A DNA stretch of 64,000 nucleotides from Podarcis erhardii (taxonomy: Eukaryota): the NCBI GenBank assembly GCA_964252035.1, contig OZ176212.1; one strand, written 5' to 3'. Position 1 is the first letter of the stretch; the number at the start of each line of letters is the position of its first letter. The notes under the pieces were generated by a model that ran no database searches, was not told the DNA's origin, and worked only from the letters and a program-made list of their open reading frames with translations. Below are positions 34,531 to 46,610 of the stretch, in pieces. A program made the position numbers and the translations under genes.

Positions 34531-36513
34531 TCACTGTGACTTGGCACTCCATTGGTCTTTCGCCACCCCTTTACCACCAGGCCCAGCACCCTCCTGCCCA
34601 TGAAGCCGGCGATGCTTGGCAAAATTGGAAGAGTTATTGAAGCGCCGGCAGCACACGGCACATTCAAAGGGCTTCTCCCCAGTGTGCAGTCTCCGGTGAG
34701 TGGCCAGGGCTGAGCTCTGCGTGAACCTCTTGCCACAGACAGAACACCCAAAGGGCCGTTCGCCCGTGTGCACCCGCAGGTGCTCCTTCAGATCTGTGGC
34801 ACGACGGAACTGCTTGGGGCATGCAAAGCAGAGGAAAGGCTTGGAATCGAATGCTGACTGAGAGGGCTGATCATAAGGCTCAGGATCTTGGAAAGGAAAG
34901 CAAGGTGCGGAGCCGCCCTCTTCCCAGTGCTGAGTGGTGCTTCTAAACTCCTCTTGTAAGGAGCCATGACCAGGAGATGTGGAAATATCGTAAGGCAGAG
35001 AACATGGCTCAGGGCTCTCCAGTTCCCAGGGAGATACACCAGCAGGCATGTCTAAGGGAGAGCATCCTTCAAATTCCCCCCTTTCGCTTCTTGTCTCCAG
35101 ATCGGTCTCTTCCCAATCAGGACAGGACCAGACAGATACTTTTGCTGTGAAAGCATTAATCTTCCCCGGGGCACACGCTTGAAATGCCACCTCTTTCTGC
35201 TTGTTGCTGCTGCCATCTTGCCTCAGCAATCTGAAGTGGCCAGCACCATTTTGTCTGAGGTCATGGGCAGCGATTCCATGGTGGCCATTTTGTCTTGGTG
35301 CTGAGGTGCTGAGGCGCCTGCTTGGATTCAGTGCGCTGACCGGGCATTCCCCTCTGACATTCTGCTTTATGTGGGCACCAATGGTCTCCCCACTACTATG
35401 CTTTGGGCCCTTGAGGTAGTCTTCATTTGTTCTCCTTACTAAACAGCCCACAACTCCACGCTCTTGACTCAGCTTGTGGCTACCAGCTTCCAAAAGGCCT
35501 TTCCTACAACTGCCGTCGTCTAACAGTAGCTTGCTATTGTGGCTGCCGACATGATGCTTCTGTTCTCCCTGAGTGTGGCTTCCCTCTGCTCTATTTTGCC
35601 TCAGGCCTATCGTGGGATTTTCACCACCAACATATTTTTGGCGTCTGAAACTGTGGCCATTTTGCATCTGTCCCTGGCCGGTGCCACCATTTCCCCCCAG
35701 TCCACCTTTGCTATCACTTGCCTGCCTTAGACCCTTAGAATGGCTACTTTGCCTCAGTTCACGGTTAGGGCCACAACTAGCATTATCTCCCCTTAGTCTA
35801 ATTTGCTTGAAATGGTCCACATCATCACCAGGTTGCCTCAGGCTGCTATCCTGGCTAAAGCCGTTCACATAAGGGCTGTTTGGGTCATAGCCTCTCTTGT
35901 TCTCGCCTTCTCTCAGTTCTTTGACGACCTGGCAGCCATTTTGTCTGGGCGGCAGGCCGGGGCTTATACTGTAGCCACCTTGTCTTTCTGCCAGCTGGCT
36001 CAACTTCTTCTCAGGTAGGAAGGCACAGTCCTTCCCGTCGCCTGCCTTGTCGCTGTAGCCAAACGGTTGCCCGTGGATGCGCTGGTGCTTGCGGAAGTTG
36101 GAGCCGTTGTTGAAGGACTTAAAGCAGACACCACAGCGGAAGGGCCGCTCGCCAGTATGAATGCGCATGTGGCCAGAGAGCACTGAGCTCTGAGTAAAAC
36201 GCTTGCCACAGATGCCACAGCCATATGGCCTTTCGCCTGTATGTACCCGCTCATGGTCGCGTCGGTCTGAGGCCCTCTTGAAGCGCTTGGGGCAGAAGGA
36301 GCAGCTGTAAGGCCTCTCGGCAAGGAAGGACAGGGCCTCTTGGTTGCCAGGCAACCATCCCCGGGGCTCGACCAAGAGGCTTTTGCAGGCCTGGCATTGT
36401 GGAGCCTGCCCTTTGGGCCCAGCAAGACTCGGCAGCTCCTCCTGGCACAGTGGGCAGACGTGGAGCAATCCTGGAGTTGCCTCTTCTTTCACTCTAACCA
36501 GCTGGATTTCCAT
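34531..36513 (-). CDS. ZNF784: Zinc finger protein 784-like, 660 aa, two copies of the three-finger module
   Basis: MEIQLVRV resembles human LIEIQVVKV; fingers RASDRRDH / TQSSVLSGH / NNGSNFRKH match ZNF784 as recalled; syntenic and on the minus strand. Acceptor tatttccag at 36561-36559; an in-frame TGA upstream places the start at ATG 36513. Confidence 0.85.
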   Translation of the reverse strand: MEIQLVRVKEEATPGLLHVCPLCQEELPSLAGPKGQAPQCQACKSLLVEPRGWLPGNQEALSFLAERPYSCSFCPKRFKRASDRRDHERVHTGERPYGCGICGKRFTQSSVLSGHMRIHTGERPFRCGVCFKSFNNGSNFRKHQRIHGQPFGYSDKAGDGKDCAFLPEKKLSQLAERQGGYSISPGLPPRQNGCQVVKELREGENKRGYDPNSPYVNGFSQDSSLRQPGDDVDHFKQIRLRGDNASCGPNRELRQSSHSKGLRQASDSKGGLGGNGGTGQGQMQNGHSFRRQKYVGGENPTIGLRQNRAEGSHTQGEQKHHVGSHNSKLLLDDGSCRKGLLEAGSHKLSQERGVVGCLVRRTNEDYLKGPKHSSGETIGAHIKQNVRGECPVSALNPSRRLSTSAPRQNGHHGIAAHDLRQNGAGHFRLLRQDGSSNKQKEVAFQACAPGKINAFTAKVSVWSCPDWEETDLETRSERGEFEGCSPLDMPAGVSPWELESPEPCSLPYDISTSPGHGSLQEEFRSTTQHWEEGGSAPCFPFQDPEPYDQPSQSAFDSKPFLCFACPKQFRRATDLKEHLRVHTGERPFGCSVCGKRFTQSSALATHRRLHTGEKPFECAVCCRRFNNSSNFAKHRRLHGQEGAGPGGKGVAKDQWSAKSQ

Positions 36514-37099
36514 CAGCGAGTCCACACCAGCAGAATGCCTGCTTCACAGCATCTTCCCCTGGAAATAGCAGGAAAGGCAGAGATGTAAACAGAGCGGGTA
36601 TGGTGGGTGGGCAGATCAAATAGCCAGAGCTTCAATTACACAGGGAGCAGTAGAGGCCTGGTTTCCTTACCTATTGCTTTTAGAAAGCTGAAGAGATAGA
36701 TGATTCGGCTAAATCCTGAAGGAATCAGGGAATGGGGCGCTGTGAATGTACCGTAATTCACCTCTCTTCCCTAACCCAAGACACATGCTGGTTTCATTTA
36801 AGTAAATTTGTACTCAATCTTTCTATCTAAGAATCCCCAACGAGGCTAAAAGCAAAATATAAAAGCAACATCAATGTAACCAAGTTAAGCAGGCCAGTTG
36901 AGAACAATATGAAAACAAGACAGCAGCAGTTAAAATACTGAAGGAAATAAAAATCCTCCAATTAAACAAATGTCAGCTGGAATTGATCTGTCTTAAAGCA
37001 ATGGCAAAAAATTATCAGAGGAAACACCAGAAGGGTCTCCTTGGGCAGACAATTCCCCAGACTCCATGTGGCCACAGAAAGGTTCACTCTTGTGTGATC

Positions 37100-37620
37100 C
37101 TATTGAATCTTTCTTTCTTTCTCTTTGTTTATGCATTTTTACAACTTATATATACACCATAAAATATTCATCATTATTTATTATCCTTGGACTTCTCCAT
37201 GGCGTTCTAGGTAGTCTTTTGTCGGCTGCATAATCTATTATTCCACCCATTTTTGTCACAAATCTTCCTTTATTTAATGTTATCTGCTGCTCTTATGTTC
37301 ATTCCTACTTGTAGGTTAAACTGACTATTATACCCTCTGAGATACTTTTCAAAACACTTCCACTCATCTCTTATCCGTGACTCATCCTTATTTCTTAGTT
37401 TCGCAGTCATGGTTACTAATTTTGTGTATTCTATCAATTTATTCTGCCATATTTCTTTCGTGGGAATCTTTTTTTCTTTCCATTTCTTCACGTATACCAC
37501 TTTAGCTGTGCTGGTTGCATTAAAAAAGAGATTGAGTGCCTTTTTCAGGATATCCTAATAGAAAGGCCTCAGGTCTTTTGGGAAATGTGATCTTAAGGAT
37601 CTTTTTTTAATTCTGTATTA
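37100..37620 (-). mobile_element. L1-clade LINE 3' fragment (end of ORF2 plus 3' UTR)
   Basis: Translates as ...VVYVKKWKEKKIPTKEIWQNKLIEYTKLVTMTAKLRNKDE..RDEWKCFEKYL, resembling the reptile/fish L1 ORF2 C-terminus; A/T-rich tail. Confidence 0.7.
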
Positions 37621-37774
37621 ATCATCTCCCAGAATTCTCTAGCATAGTTCCCATTGAATTTCAGCTAGAAGCAGAACTTACTACGAAGCCTTTACAATGT
37701 GTTTTAATGTGCCTGAGTTGGGCACAAATACTTTAAATGAATAAACAAGCATGTCTGGTAGCCCAAGCTTAAAT

Positions 37775-38031
37775 CAGACCTCACTCAGCAACCTTTTTCA
37801 GCTGTGAGCTGGTTCACAGTCCCACAGACCATGTGGTGGGCCGGACTATATTTGGGGGGGGGGGGAATGAACAAATTCCTATGCCCCACAAATAACCCAG
37901 AGATGCATTGTTAATAAAAGGACACATTCTACCCATGTAAAAACACGCTGATTCCCAGACCATCTGTGGGCCGGATTGAGAAGGTGATTGGGCCGCATCT
38001 GGCCTAACGGGCCTTAGGTTGCCTTCCCCTG
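37775..38031. mobile_element. hAT non-autonomous element
   Basis: Internal gggccgga / gggccgcatctggcc motifs and right end ggttgccttcccctg. Confidence 0.6.
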
Positions 38032-38449
38032 CTCTACACCCAAGGATGCAGAAGTCTCCCCCACAGCCAGTGTGTCCTGAACTTCCCAGATAACTTGTTC
38101 AGCTCTTAGGTCTATCCCAAATCTTTCCCTGGTTTAAATCCTCGCCCAAGGAACCCAGGCTTCCTGGCTGGACTTCACTGTTTTCAATGCTCATCCGAAG
38201 CATCCCAACTCCAAGTCTGCTGCTCCCTTCCCAGACAACCCAGGATCACTGCAGGGAAACTCCATGTGAAAAGGCTGTTTACCTCTGAATCAGAGGTGCG
38301 GGTGGCGGGTGGGAGGTAAACAAGAAACGGGAGGGCCACCATCATCTTTATCCAGCCCCTCCGGATGGATGAGCTTTCGGCCTGGCCCAGAAAATGCCAT
38401 TCTTGACCCAAGCACCCCCCACACCTGCCCCAAATCTTGCTTTCTTACC

Positions 38450-39100
38450 TCCTAGGCCCCTTTCGCTGGAGCCTCTGAACCAATCAAAGAGCCCAGCCCA
38501 GCGTCCCGGCTCCCGAGTCCCCCTCCTGGGCTCTTAACCCGCCCCACTCCTTCCAAGCCTGGCACCCAAGCCGCCTGCCCTCCAAATTTCACCGGCCCCC
38601 TCCCTCCCGGGCATCCTGGCTGCCAGCCAAAAGCGTCCCAACCCCATCTAGATCTCTCTCTCCCCCCCCCCCCCCCGCTGCGATCTCCGAACAGATCCCG
38701 CTCGTCCTCTTCCCTGAACAAGTCCGGCTTCTTGGCGAAGAGAACAATAGCCCGGAGCTGGGCGAGCATGGCCAAAGGGGGAGGGCAGGGGACCCGCCGA
38801 TGGCCAGGGGGCCGCGGGGAGCGCCATCAGCGGCGCCTCTGGGTTGACTTCGAGGTCCCTTTGTCCCTCCCTCTCCCCCCACCCCCGTCTGCCCCCCCCC
38901 CATTGGCACGCGAGTCCCCTACTCATCCTCGAGCATTGCACCCGGCAGCCGCTCCTGGCCGCTGGCATCCCCTCCTCCTGCTCCACAAAGGAATCCCTCA
39001 CCTGTACCTGCTCCATCCAGGCTGGTACCGGGGAAGATTCTGCAGCGCCGCCGCCGTCCCTGTGCAACTTTCCGCCTCCTTCAGGGGGAAGAAACAGTTG
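38450..39100 (-). promoter_or_regulatory. CpG island; probable ZNF784 promoter and exon 1 (minus-strand donor GAG|GTAAGA near 38450)
   Basis: GC and CpG rich; tttcttacct on the plus strand is a minus-strand donor; lies ~2 kb upstream of the ZNF784 coding exon. Confidence 0.6.
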
Positions 39101-40489
39101 GGAAAACTCCCCTCCCCCTTTTCCCTCCTCCCCATCCCGAATGCGCACCTTCCCTTTAAGTGCAACCAAAAAGGAAATTAAAGGGAGCTGGGAGATGGCC
39201 CTCGCTTTCTGTCTGCAGTCAGAAATACAAGCAATACATGACCACTCTCCCCCCCCCTCGCTCCACCTCCTTCCCCTCGTTTAAAGACACAGGCGCCCCG
39301 CTTGCAAAGTAGGGAGAATCAGAAGCTGGTTCTGTAATTTAGCTTAGTTCAAATACGCTTTATTCGCGGTGTAATAAACCAGGATGAATTAGAAAAGGGT
39401 CTGTGCTGCAAAGCACTTTTTGCGATTCCAAATGCTCCAGTTGCAGTTAAAAATCGCCTTTGCATCTTTATTCTCAAGAGAGCATAACCGCGCCCCCCCC
39501 CGTCCATATCCTGTTCTTTCAGTGGTGAACTAGATGCCAATGGGAAGACCACAAGCAAGGCATGAATGAAACAGCCCTCTCCCCTTTTGTGACTGGTATT
39601 CAGAGACTCACTGCCTCCAACACTGGATAGTAGAACACAGCCATTGTGATTAGTAGCTATCTGTAGTTTCATCCTCCACGAATTTGTCTGTCTGGGTTGG
39701 TGGCTAGCACTTCATACTGTAGGAGCAAACTCCACAGTTCAACCAGGCCTTTCTGGAATCTTCTAACCTTCTCAGGATGGCCCTGAGAGAGAGGTTTTTC
39801 CTCTCTGTCCACTTCCCCCACATCACACACAATTCCATACAACTTCCTCATGAAAAAGCAGGTTTAAAAATCTATTTCTAACATATACTATTATACCAGC
39901 ATCTCAGCTGTAACAGCTTTTATCTTTTCTCTCTAGACTGGGGAGCAGGATGTCATCGAACCAGTATGTACACCCTAAAACATATTCTGCACTGATGTCA
40001 GTTTGCTCTGAACAATTCTGTATGCAGTTTTTCAAAGGAGAATTTGCATTTCCAAGCACGCCTGCTTTCATTCCACCTCCCTTCCCCCAAAGCAAGGTTC
40101 TGGACTGCTTGGCCAATGTATGGGTCAAGCTGGGAAAATGAGCATTTACTCTATTCCTTCTTCGACCTCTGCACTCATGTTCCTCTACTGCTTTATCCTA
40201 GTAGGTTAACATACCAGCTTTTAAAACTAAAATAATAAGCATTCCAAATTCTCTGGAAATGCAAATGTTGGGTTCATAATAAAGCATGTAGCTGAGAAAG
40301 CTTATGCAAAACAAGTGAAATACTTACATTTGATTGATTTACATATTTTGAGTACTCAGCTGGCAGATTCTTGACGCATATTTGGTTTTTGTAAAAAAAA
40401 AAAATAATCATAAAAAGGATGCTATGTTCAGTGTGCATCCCACACTTCCTCCTTCAACAAAAACTCTTTAGAGAAAGCCGAGACAGACC

Positions 40490-40640
40490 ACTGAGCCATC
40501 TGTTTTGTCCACTCCACAATGCCAGGCAGCAGCAATCCATGGTTTCAGAGCGGAGTTTTCTCTAAGCCCTACCTGGAGACATCAGGGATTGAACCTAGGA
40601 CCATCTGCAATGGAGAGCAGCTGCTCTACCCCTGAGCTAT
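40490..40640 (-). mobile_element. Old tRNA-derived SINE
   Basis: Minus strand atagctcaggggtagagcag...ggtcctaggttcaatccctg (A and B boxes) followed by ccaggtagggct...ctgaaacc body. Confidence 0.65.
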
Positions 40641-42855
40641 AGCACCCACACCCCTTCTATGTTCAAGGAAATCAACTGATTCTCCACATCTTGAGAAAAG
40701 AGCTTTTGCAAATGTCTAGAGGTTACACAGCTGAAAGGCACTCTTCTCAAACCCAGCAAAGGGCTAAATTCTTGCCAACGGATCTACATCCTCTCAACGA
40801 AATGGAAGCAACACAGCAGAACTTTATTCGTTTAGCACACAAAGATGAACCAAAACCCCAGAGGATTGTTTTTAATTAAAAAAAAAGAGGAAGACACACA
40901 CAGTTTGAAAATTCCACACTAAATATGAAGCAGAGGAAACATGATCCAGGAATCTCCCTGGCAAGCTTTGGAGGTACCAGGCTAGCCGATACCTTGGAAC
41001 ACATGCCTGTATATCGATGTCTCCTGATTGTTTCTCCCTGTCGAGGAAACAGAGATTCTATGTTTGTTAATTATTGTAGGAAACCACAGCAGTCTTATCA
41101 CATACATCCCACAGGCAGTAAGCCTGGGATGAAGACCAACATTTTCTGTTGCTGCATATCTGGGGCTGAAACCCACCCACCCCATAAGTATATAGACCGT
41201 GGCCTGCAACTTTTTGGGAAGCTGGTTGAAATGGTTCTAATTAGGGGGCAGAAGAAAACAAGGCCTGACCAGAGTTGATGGGTCCACACATGGATCTGAT
41301 CTGGAGGCTGGACTACCAGTAGCAGCAGCAGCCGCTGGAAGGAATGTAGAATCACCAACTCTGTTTCCCTGGAAAAATCTGGAGGGTTTGGAAATAAGAG
41401 ACTGTTAAGGCTGGCAAGTTGGGGAATATCCCATATTCCATCCTTCAATACCCATACTCCCCATCTAGATTTTTAAAATAATAATAATAATGCAGAGCCA
41501 CAATTCATTAAAGCAGTGCTTTATAGATGGAAGGGCAGGTTAGGAGGAGCCTTAAGGAAATGCAAAAAAAAAAGCCCAACCCCGGACTCCTAATTTTAGC
41601 CAAATTGTGGTCCCCTGTAGCCTTCAAAAAGCAGTAGCCAAGGGGGCTGCTGCAACAGGTAAAGGGTGCCAGGCCCTCTCTGGCTCTCCTGTAATTTGGG
41701 CACTGCCTTAAAGAAAAGTGACTTTCTTCCTGCACATGGAATTCAGCTGATGTTCCACCCAGCCTTCTCTAGCCTCTTGCTTATGCTCCTTCAATAGGCT
41801 CTTTATTGTAAGTGAAGGAGGGGGAGAAATTTGGGCCCAGGCGTTCTTGAGGTGGAATGTCAGGATTCAAGGCCACAACCTCCTTTGTACACCAAGTAGC
41901 CATGCAGCTGTATGAGACGCTTGCAGGGGACTCAAAGAACCAAAATTGGCCAGATTCGATTTGAACCTCTAGGAAAGTTCTCTTCATGGCTGCTCTTAAT
42001 CTGGAACCAAATTCTGCATGAAAGCAAAGCAGATCTTCCTAAAATAGGCATGCACTAGTTTTCCTGACAGGTTGAGGTCTCCGTACTGTGTCTGTGGGTC
42101 ACAGTGCATACATGAGAGGGGTAGCCCCTAGTAGATTTGAAGGCCAAGTCTGCAGATGAGGAGGTTTTAACAGGCATGCATTGTCATTCTGCATGATAGC
42201 ATACCCTCCAGGCATACGCAGAGGGGACAGTGTCTGTGCCATAATGCAGGTTCTAGGCAGGGTCTGCTGGAATCCTCCCTCCACATATCCCCACTATGCC
42301 ACAATAACTTCTCCCTACGACACTGTGGCAGAAACAGATGCTAGCAGGCAATGCTCTGTGTTGCAGAGCTTGGCCCATGAATCCATGCTGGATGTGAGTG
42401 ACCTACAGGGGTAGTGGAAACTCGGGTGGGGACAAAGCAGGAGGCAAAGAATCCCCCTGCCAGGTTGCGAGGAGCACAGACAGACAGGATAGACAAGGTT
42501 CTACAAAAGGCGGAAGGTAGGCCAGTGTGTCCATACCAAGTCCTTGCGGCCTGAGAAGGCAGGAGGGACCTAAGCTGGGATTTTGCAATCTGGCTATCGC
42601 ATGCCGGATAGTTTGTGGCATAGGTGGGCGAGGTTCCCCATTCCCATTTTCCCCACGCAACAGCTAGTCCTTGGGCCAGCAAATGGAGAAGTATCAGGTC
42701 CGTAAAGACACAGGGAGGCATTTGCAGGCCAGGGTTGCTGTCGCATGGGTGGGGGCTAGCTGCGCCCAGGTGGTAGATGTCTAAGGCCTGGGTGGGCAGC
42801 GAGGTTCTCATGCGATCCTCTCGTGGCACAACTTCAGTCTCGAAAAGGCCGGCCT

Positions 42856-43614
42856 TTACGGCGTCGGGAGGAGCTGCAGGCGGTGCTTCCGGCGGATGTG
42901 CCTCTGGAGGGTGTTGCGCTCCCCAAAGCGCATGTGGCAGGCCTCGCACTGGTAGGGCCGCTCGCCCGTGTGCACCCGCTGGTGGTGTGAGAGCTCCCCC
43001 GAGTCACGGAAGCTGCGCTGGCAAATGGGGCACTGGTGGGGCTTCCGGCCCGAGTGGGTGTACTTGTGGCGCTCCAAGTGGGACGTGCGCTTGAAGGCCT
43101 TGCCGCACGCCCGGCAGACGTGGGGCTTGCTCTCCGAGTGGGTGATGCTGTGGCGCTGCAGGTAAGACAGGTACTCAAATGTCCGCGAGCACACGGGGCA
43201 GCTGTACACCTTGCGCAAGGACCCTCCGCTCCCACCCCCTTCCGGGTCCCCTGCCGCTCCCACCCCCTCTTCCACCAGCACTGTGTACGGCAGCCCCTGG
43301 CTGTCAATCAGCAAGTAGCGCCCCAATCGGGAGGGTTCCCCTTGTTCTGTGCCTCCTGTCCCTCCAGGAACAAGTGCCCGCCTCCCTGCTCCTGGCAGCC
43401 CATTCAATCCCTGAAGGAGGGCGCTACCAGGAGAAGGCAATGGCGGGCGAGAGAGTTTAGGAGGCGATGTTTGGACACCTCCTCCCTCACCCCCCAGCTC
43501 CAGCTTGATGGGTTGTCCCACATGGCTTGCAGGCTCTTGTGGATTGAGGGGTTCCAAGGTTTCTGGTGGTCTTTGGGGGTCTCCTATAGACTTGGAATGT
43601 CTCTGCAGCTCCAT
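42856..43614 (-). CDS. ZNF581: Zinc finger protein 581(/580)-like, 252 aa, four C2H2 fingers; single coding exon
   Basis: [17 protein letters not shown] and [25 protein letters not shown] match ZNF581 as recalled. Acceptor ttattgcag at 43660-43658 places the start at ATG 43614. Confidence 0.85.
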   Translation of the reverse strand: MELQRHSKSIGDPQRPPETLEPLNPQEPASHVGQPIKLELGGEGGGVQTSPPKLSRPPLPSPGSALLQGLNGLPGAGRRALVPGGTGGTEQGEPSRLGRYLLIDSQGLPYTVLVEEGVGAAGDPEGGGSGGSLRKVYSCPVCSRTFEYLSYLQRHSITHSESKPHVCRACGKAFKRTSHLERHKYTHSGRKPHQCPICQRSFRDSGELSHHQRVHTGERPYQCEACHMRFGERNTLQRHIRRKHRLQLLPTP

Positions 43615-43755
43615 AAGTATCTCCTTATGTGTATTCCCTTGGGTTGGAATGCCAAGTCTGCAATAAGAAAGAAAGCACATTAACTGGGGAAAGTGTGAGG
43701 GGGGAATCATATGGGTCACACAACTTTTAGAGCTGCAATTATGTAGGGCTGCCAG

Positions 43756-43983
43756 TAGGGCTGGGCGATATCTGGTTTTCAACACTGTGATATATCACCA
43801 GCTAAACATTGCAAAACATACTGATATATCACAATGTCTGAAATAACGATGGAGCTATATTAGCTGGCATCACAGCTTTTCCCGCATCGTGATTTTTGCA
43901 TAACGCACACACAGAGAGGATTTGTGATATACTGTCAGATCAAAAATTATGAAACGGTTATCATGATATGGACTTCAGCCCTA
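43756..43983. mobile_element. hAT MITE with perfect 8-bp TSD
   Basis: TIRs TAGGGCTG / CAGCCCTA; TSD GCTGCCAG at 43748-43755 and 43984-43991; lies ~95 nt into the intron from the ZNF581 3' splice site. Confidence 0.85.
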
Positions 43984-44305
43984 GCTGCCAGCCAATTAAA
44001 AGAGCTGTACTGCAACTGATTTGTCACCCACTTGTCTTCTTTTTAACGAAACAATTCCATTAATAAATAGCATATAACCAACCCTCAATATAGATGCTTT
44101 TTAGAGAGACTAATATAGCTCTTTAGAGAAGCCAAATATAGCTAGCAGCATAATAAAGAACAGCTACCACTCATTGTTTAGAATTAGAGGCATTTTGAAT
44201 GTTTTCTTATTCATGCATGTTACACCAATATCAGAACCACAATACCTGCACATAATAAATCACTGTGTCCTTACTGTACAACACTATTCAACAACTTTGG
44301 TGTCA

Positions 44306-44465
44306 GTTACAGATAGGTAGCCGTGTTGGTCTGCCATAGTCAAAACAAAACAAATTCCTTCCAGTAGCACCTTAAAGACCAACTAAGTCAGTTCTTGGTA
44401 TGAGCTTTCGTGTGCATGCGTTATCTGAAGAAGTGTGCATGCACACGAAAGCTCATACCAAGAAC
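44306..44465. mobile_element. Mini Penelope insert: 3' end plus inverted duplication
   Basis: 44306-44419 is identical to 17321-17434; 44391-44419 and 44437-44465 are inverted repeats; 12-bp direct repeat AACTTTGGTGTC at 44293-44304 and 44463-44474. Confidence 0.85.
44422..44458 (+). ncRNA. Minimal type-I hammerhead ribozyme motif (3-bp stem I)
   Basis: UAU-CUGAAGA-AGUGUGCAUGCACAC-GAAAGCUC/AUAC. Confidence 0.65.
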
Positions 44466-45075
44466 TTTGGTGTCGACAGCCCAGTGCCACACTTGCGTAC
44501 ATGGAAACAAGACTTTGTTTGATGGGACTTACTCCCGGGCAGGTCTAAGGCTGCAATCCTAAGCACACTTACTTGGCAGTAAATCTACTTGAATTTGGCA
44601 AACAAGCACAGGACTGGACTGCAAAATTTTAGCTGGTTCGTTTATGAAGCTTACAGCCCCAGCAAATAAAGCTACTAACCCTGCAATCCTATACACATTT
44701 AATTAAGTATTGTTCCTATTGGACATTGCGGGACTGACTTCACACTTGCCTGGGCTGCTCCTTCCCTAGATTTGGAGATTTCACACATGTTGAGTTCCAA
44801 GGAAGCTTCCTAGCAAAACCCCTAAAGACACATACTGTACAAAGTAGCATGTGAACGCAACCTTTGTTTTTTACCATCTGTGGAAAGAACCAGATCTTAT
44901 TGAGCTGTAGGCTACAGGTGGGTGATTTAAAGCCCCCCACATTGTTTTATGGGGCTTCCAGCTTCCTCTGAACTCTCATACTTCCATTCCCCCCCCCCCA
45001 GGTTCCTCCTTCCTGCTGGCTTCTTCCTTATTTTTTTCCATCTTTTGTCTCTCCCTCTCTCTCTTCCTCCTCCCC

Positions 45076-45154
45076 TTACAGGAGTGCCTGGCATGCTCTG
45101 GTGCATGGGGTCACAAAGAGTCAGACACAACTAAACGACTAAACAACAACAACA
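45076..45154 (+). mobile_element. Extreme 3' end of BovB
   Basis: ggagtgcctggcatgctctggtgcatggggtcacaaagagtcagacacaactaaacgactaaac(aac)n, same as the tail at 51890-51960. Confidence 0.8.
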
Positions 45155-46610
45155 GAAGGTCAAAGATTTTGAATGATACATATAAACTGGTTTTAATTTT
45201 TTTTTCTGGCTGTATCATCATCATTATCATCATGATCACTTCCTGAATTTATATCCCCCCCTTCCTCCCGAATGAGCCCAGGACGGCAAACAGATATACA
45301 ATTCAAAACTAAAAACAAAGTAGAAACAGATTAAAACATTCTAAAAATAATTGCAATTAAAAGCATACTTCTATCCAATGTTCTAGTATGCCAGTATTCA
45401 GTGTACAGTTTGAGGAAATGCATTCCAGAACATTAACTGTATTGGTTTGTTGTACTGTACAGTACTTTAAAAAAAGTATTTGTATACTTATTTGAGAATA
45501 ACCCTATCAAACCCAGTAATGCTTTTTTCTGAGTAGACCTGTGTAAAGGTGGTAGTTTAATTTGAAGTAAAAGTGGTGAAAAGCAGAGTGATGTTTATTC
45601 CAGATTAGTTAAGCCAGAACAAATATGTCTGTGGCTCTTCCCATCAATTCTGGCTCCATCTACTGCTAGCATTTGGCCACCCTGAAAGATGACCCCTGAA
45701 GGAATGTGGCCCGCAACAGAAAAAAACCCTGCCTACCCCATCTATAGCAGGTATATATAATACCATCAACCATTACAGCAGAGCTAGATGGCAGGGGATC
45801 TTTCTAAATAAATGCTGTCTAAAAGGCCACAGTAGGAAAATGTGATAAGATTTCATCCTCTACTCAGGCAAGGAGGGAGGAGAGGTTACAACATGGAGAA
45901 GGAACCACTAAAAATGGAAAGAACTTAGAAAACATGGAAATGTAGTGCCAGAATCTAGGTCTATAGTATCCATACACCTCTTCACTAACACCTAGAAATT
46001 TGTGAGAATCCCTGACCTGAGGCTGTTGGGGGGAAAGTCATTTTATTACTACACCTCAGCTATACCAAAGTATTGCAAGCAGTTTGTGTTGCAGTGGGAA
46101 TGTGTGGTCAAAGGTGGGGTTGGGGTTCACACGTCTCCTCTGCCTGTCCTCCATTTCTGGTTTTGTCCAACATTCTGCTAAATGCTTCTGGGAAGCTTAC
46201 AAAGCAGGGTGTTTAGAGGCATACTGATACTGAAGATCAAATTAGCTATCATGGTCATTCATATGGTCAAAGCTGGGGTGGAATAAATGGGAATGGCTCT
46301 GGTGGGTGGAGCTGAGGGAAGATATGGTGGGAGAGCTTTGGTGGGGTGGGTGGGACTTGGAGCACTTCCACTTTCTGTAGGCATCAGCTGCCTCCATCCC
46401 CAACTCTGGGGCTCTTCCATCAACATGCTAATATAGGCCACCTGTCATTAGGTTATGCAACAGCTTTCCCAAACTCCTAGTCTTGCAGACTTACACACAG
46501 CCTAAGGACTGGCATCAAAATTCCAAAAGATCTTTCTTGGCAGACACCCAGGTTACTTTCTCTCTCAGTTAGCCCCCTTCCTCCATATGCAGAACTGGAT
46601 CCAAACTTAC

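Noticed and set aside
43615-43785. N-terminal extension of the ZNF581 ORF
   Set aside because: Mostly intronic, including the edge of a hAT MITE; the upstream exon has an in-frame stop and supplies no ATG.
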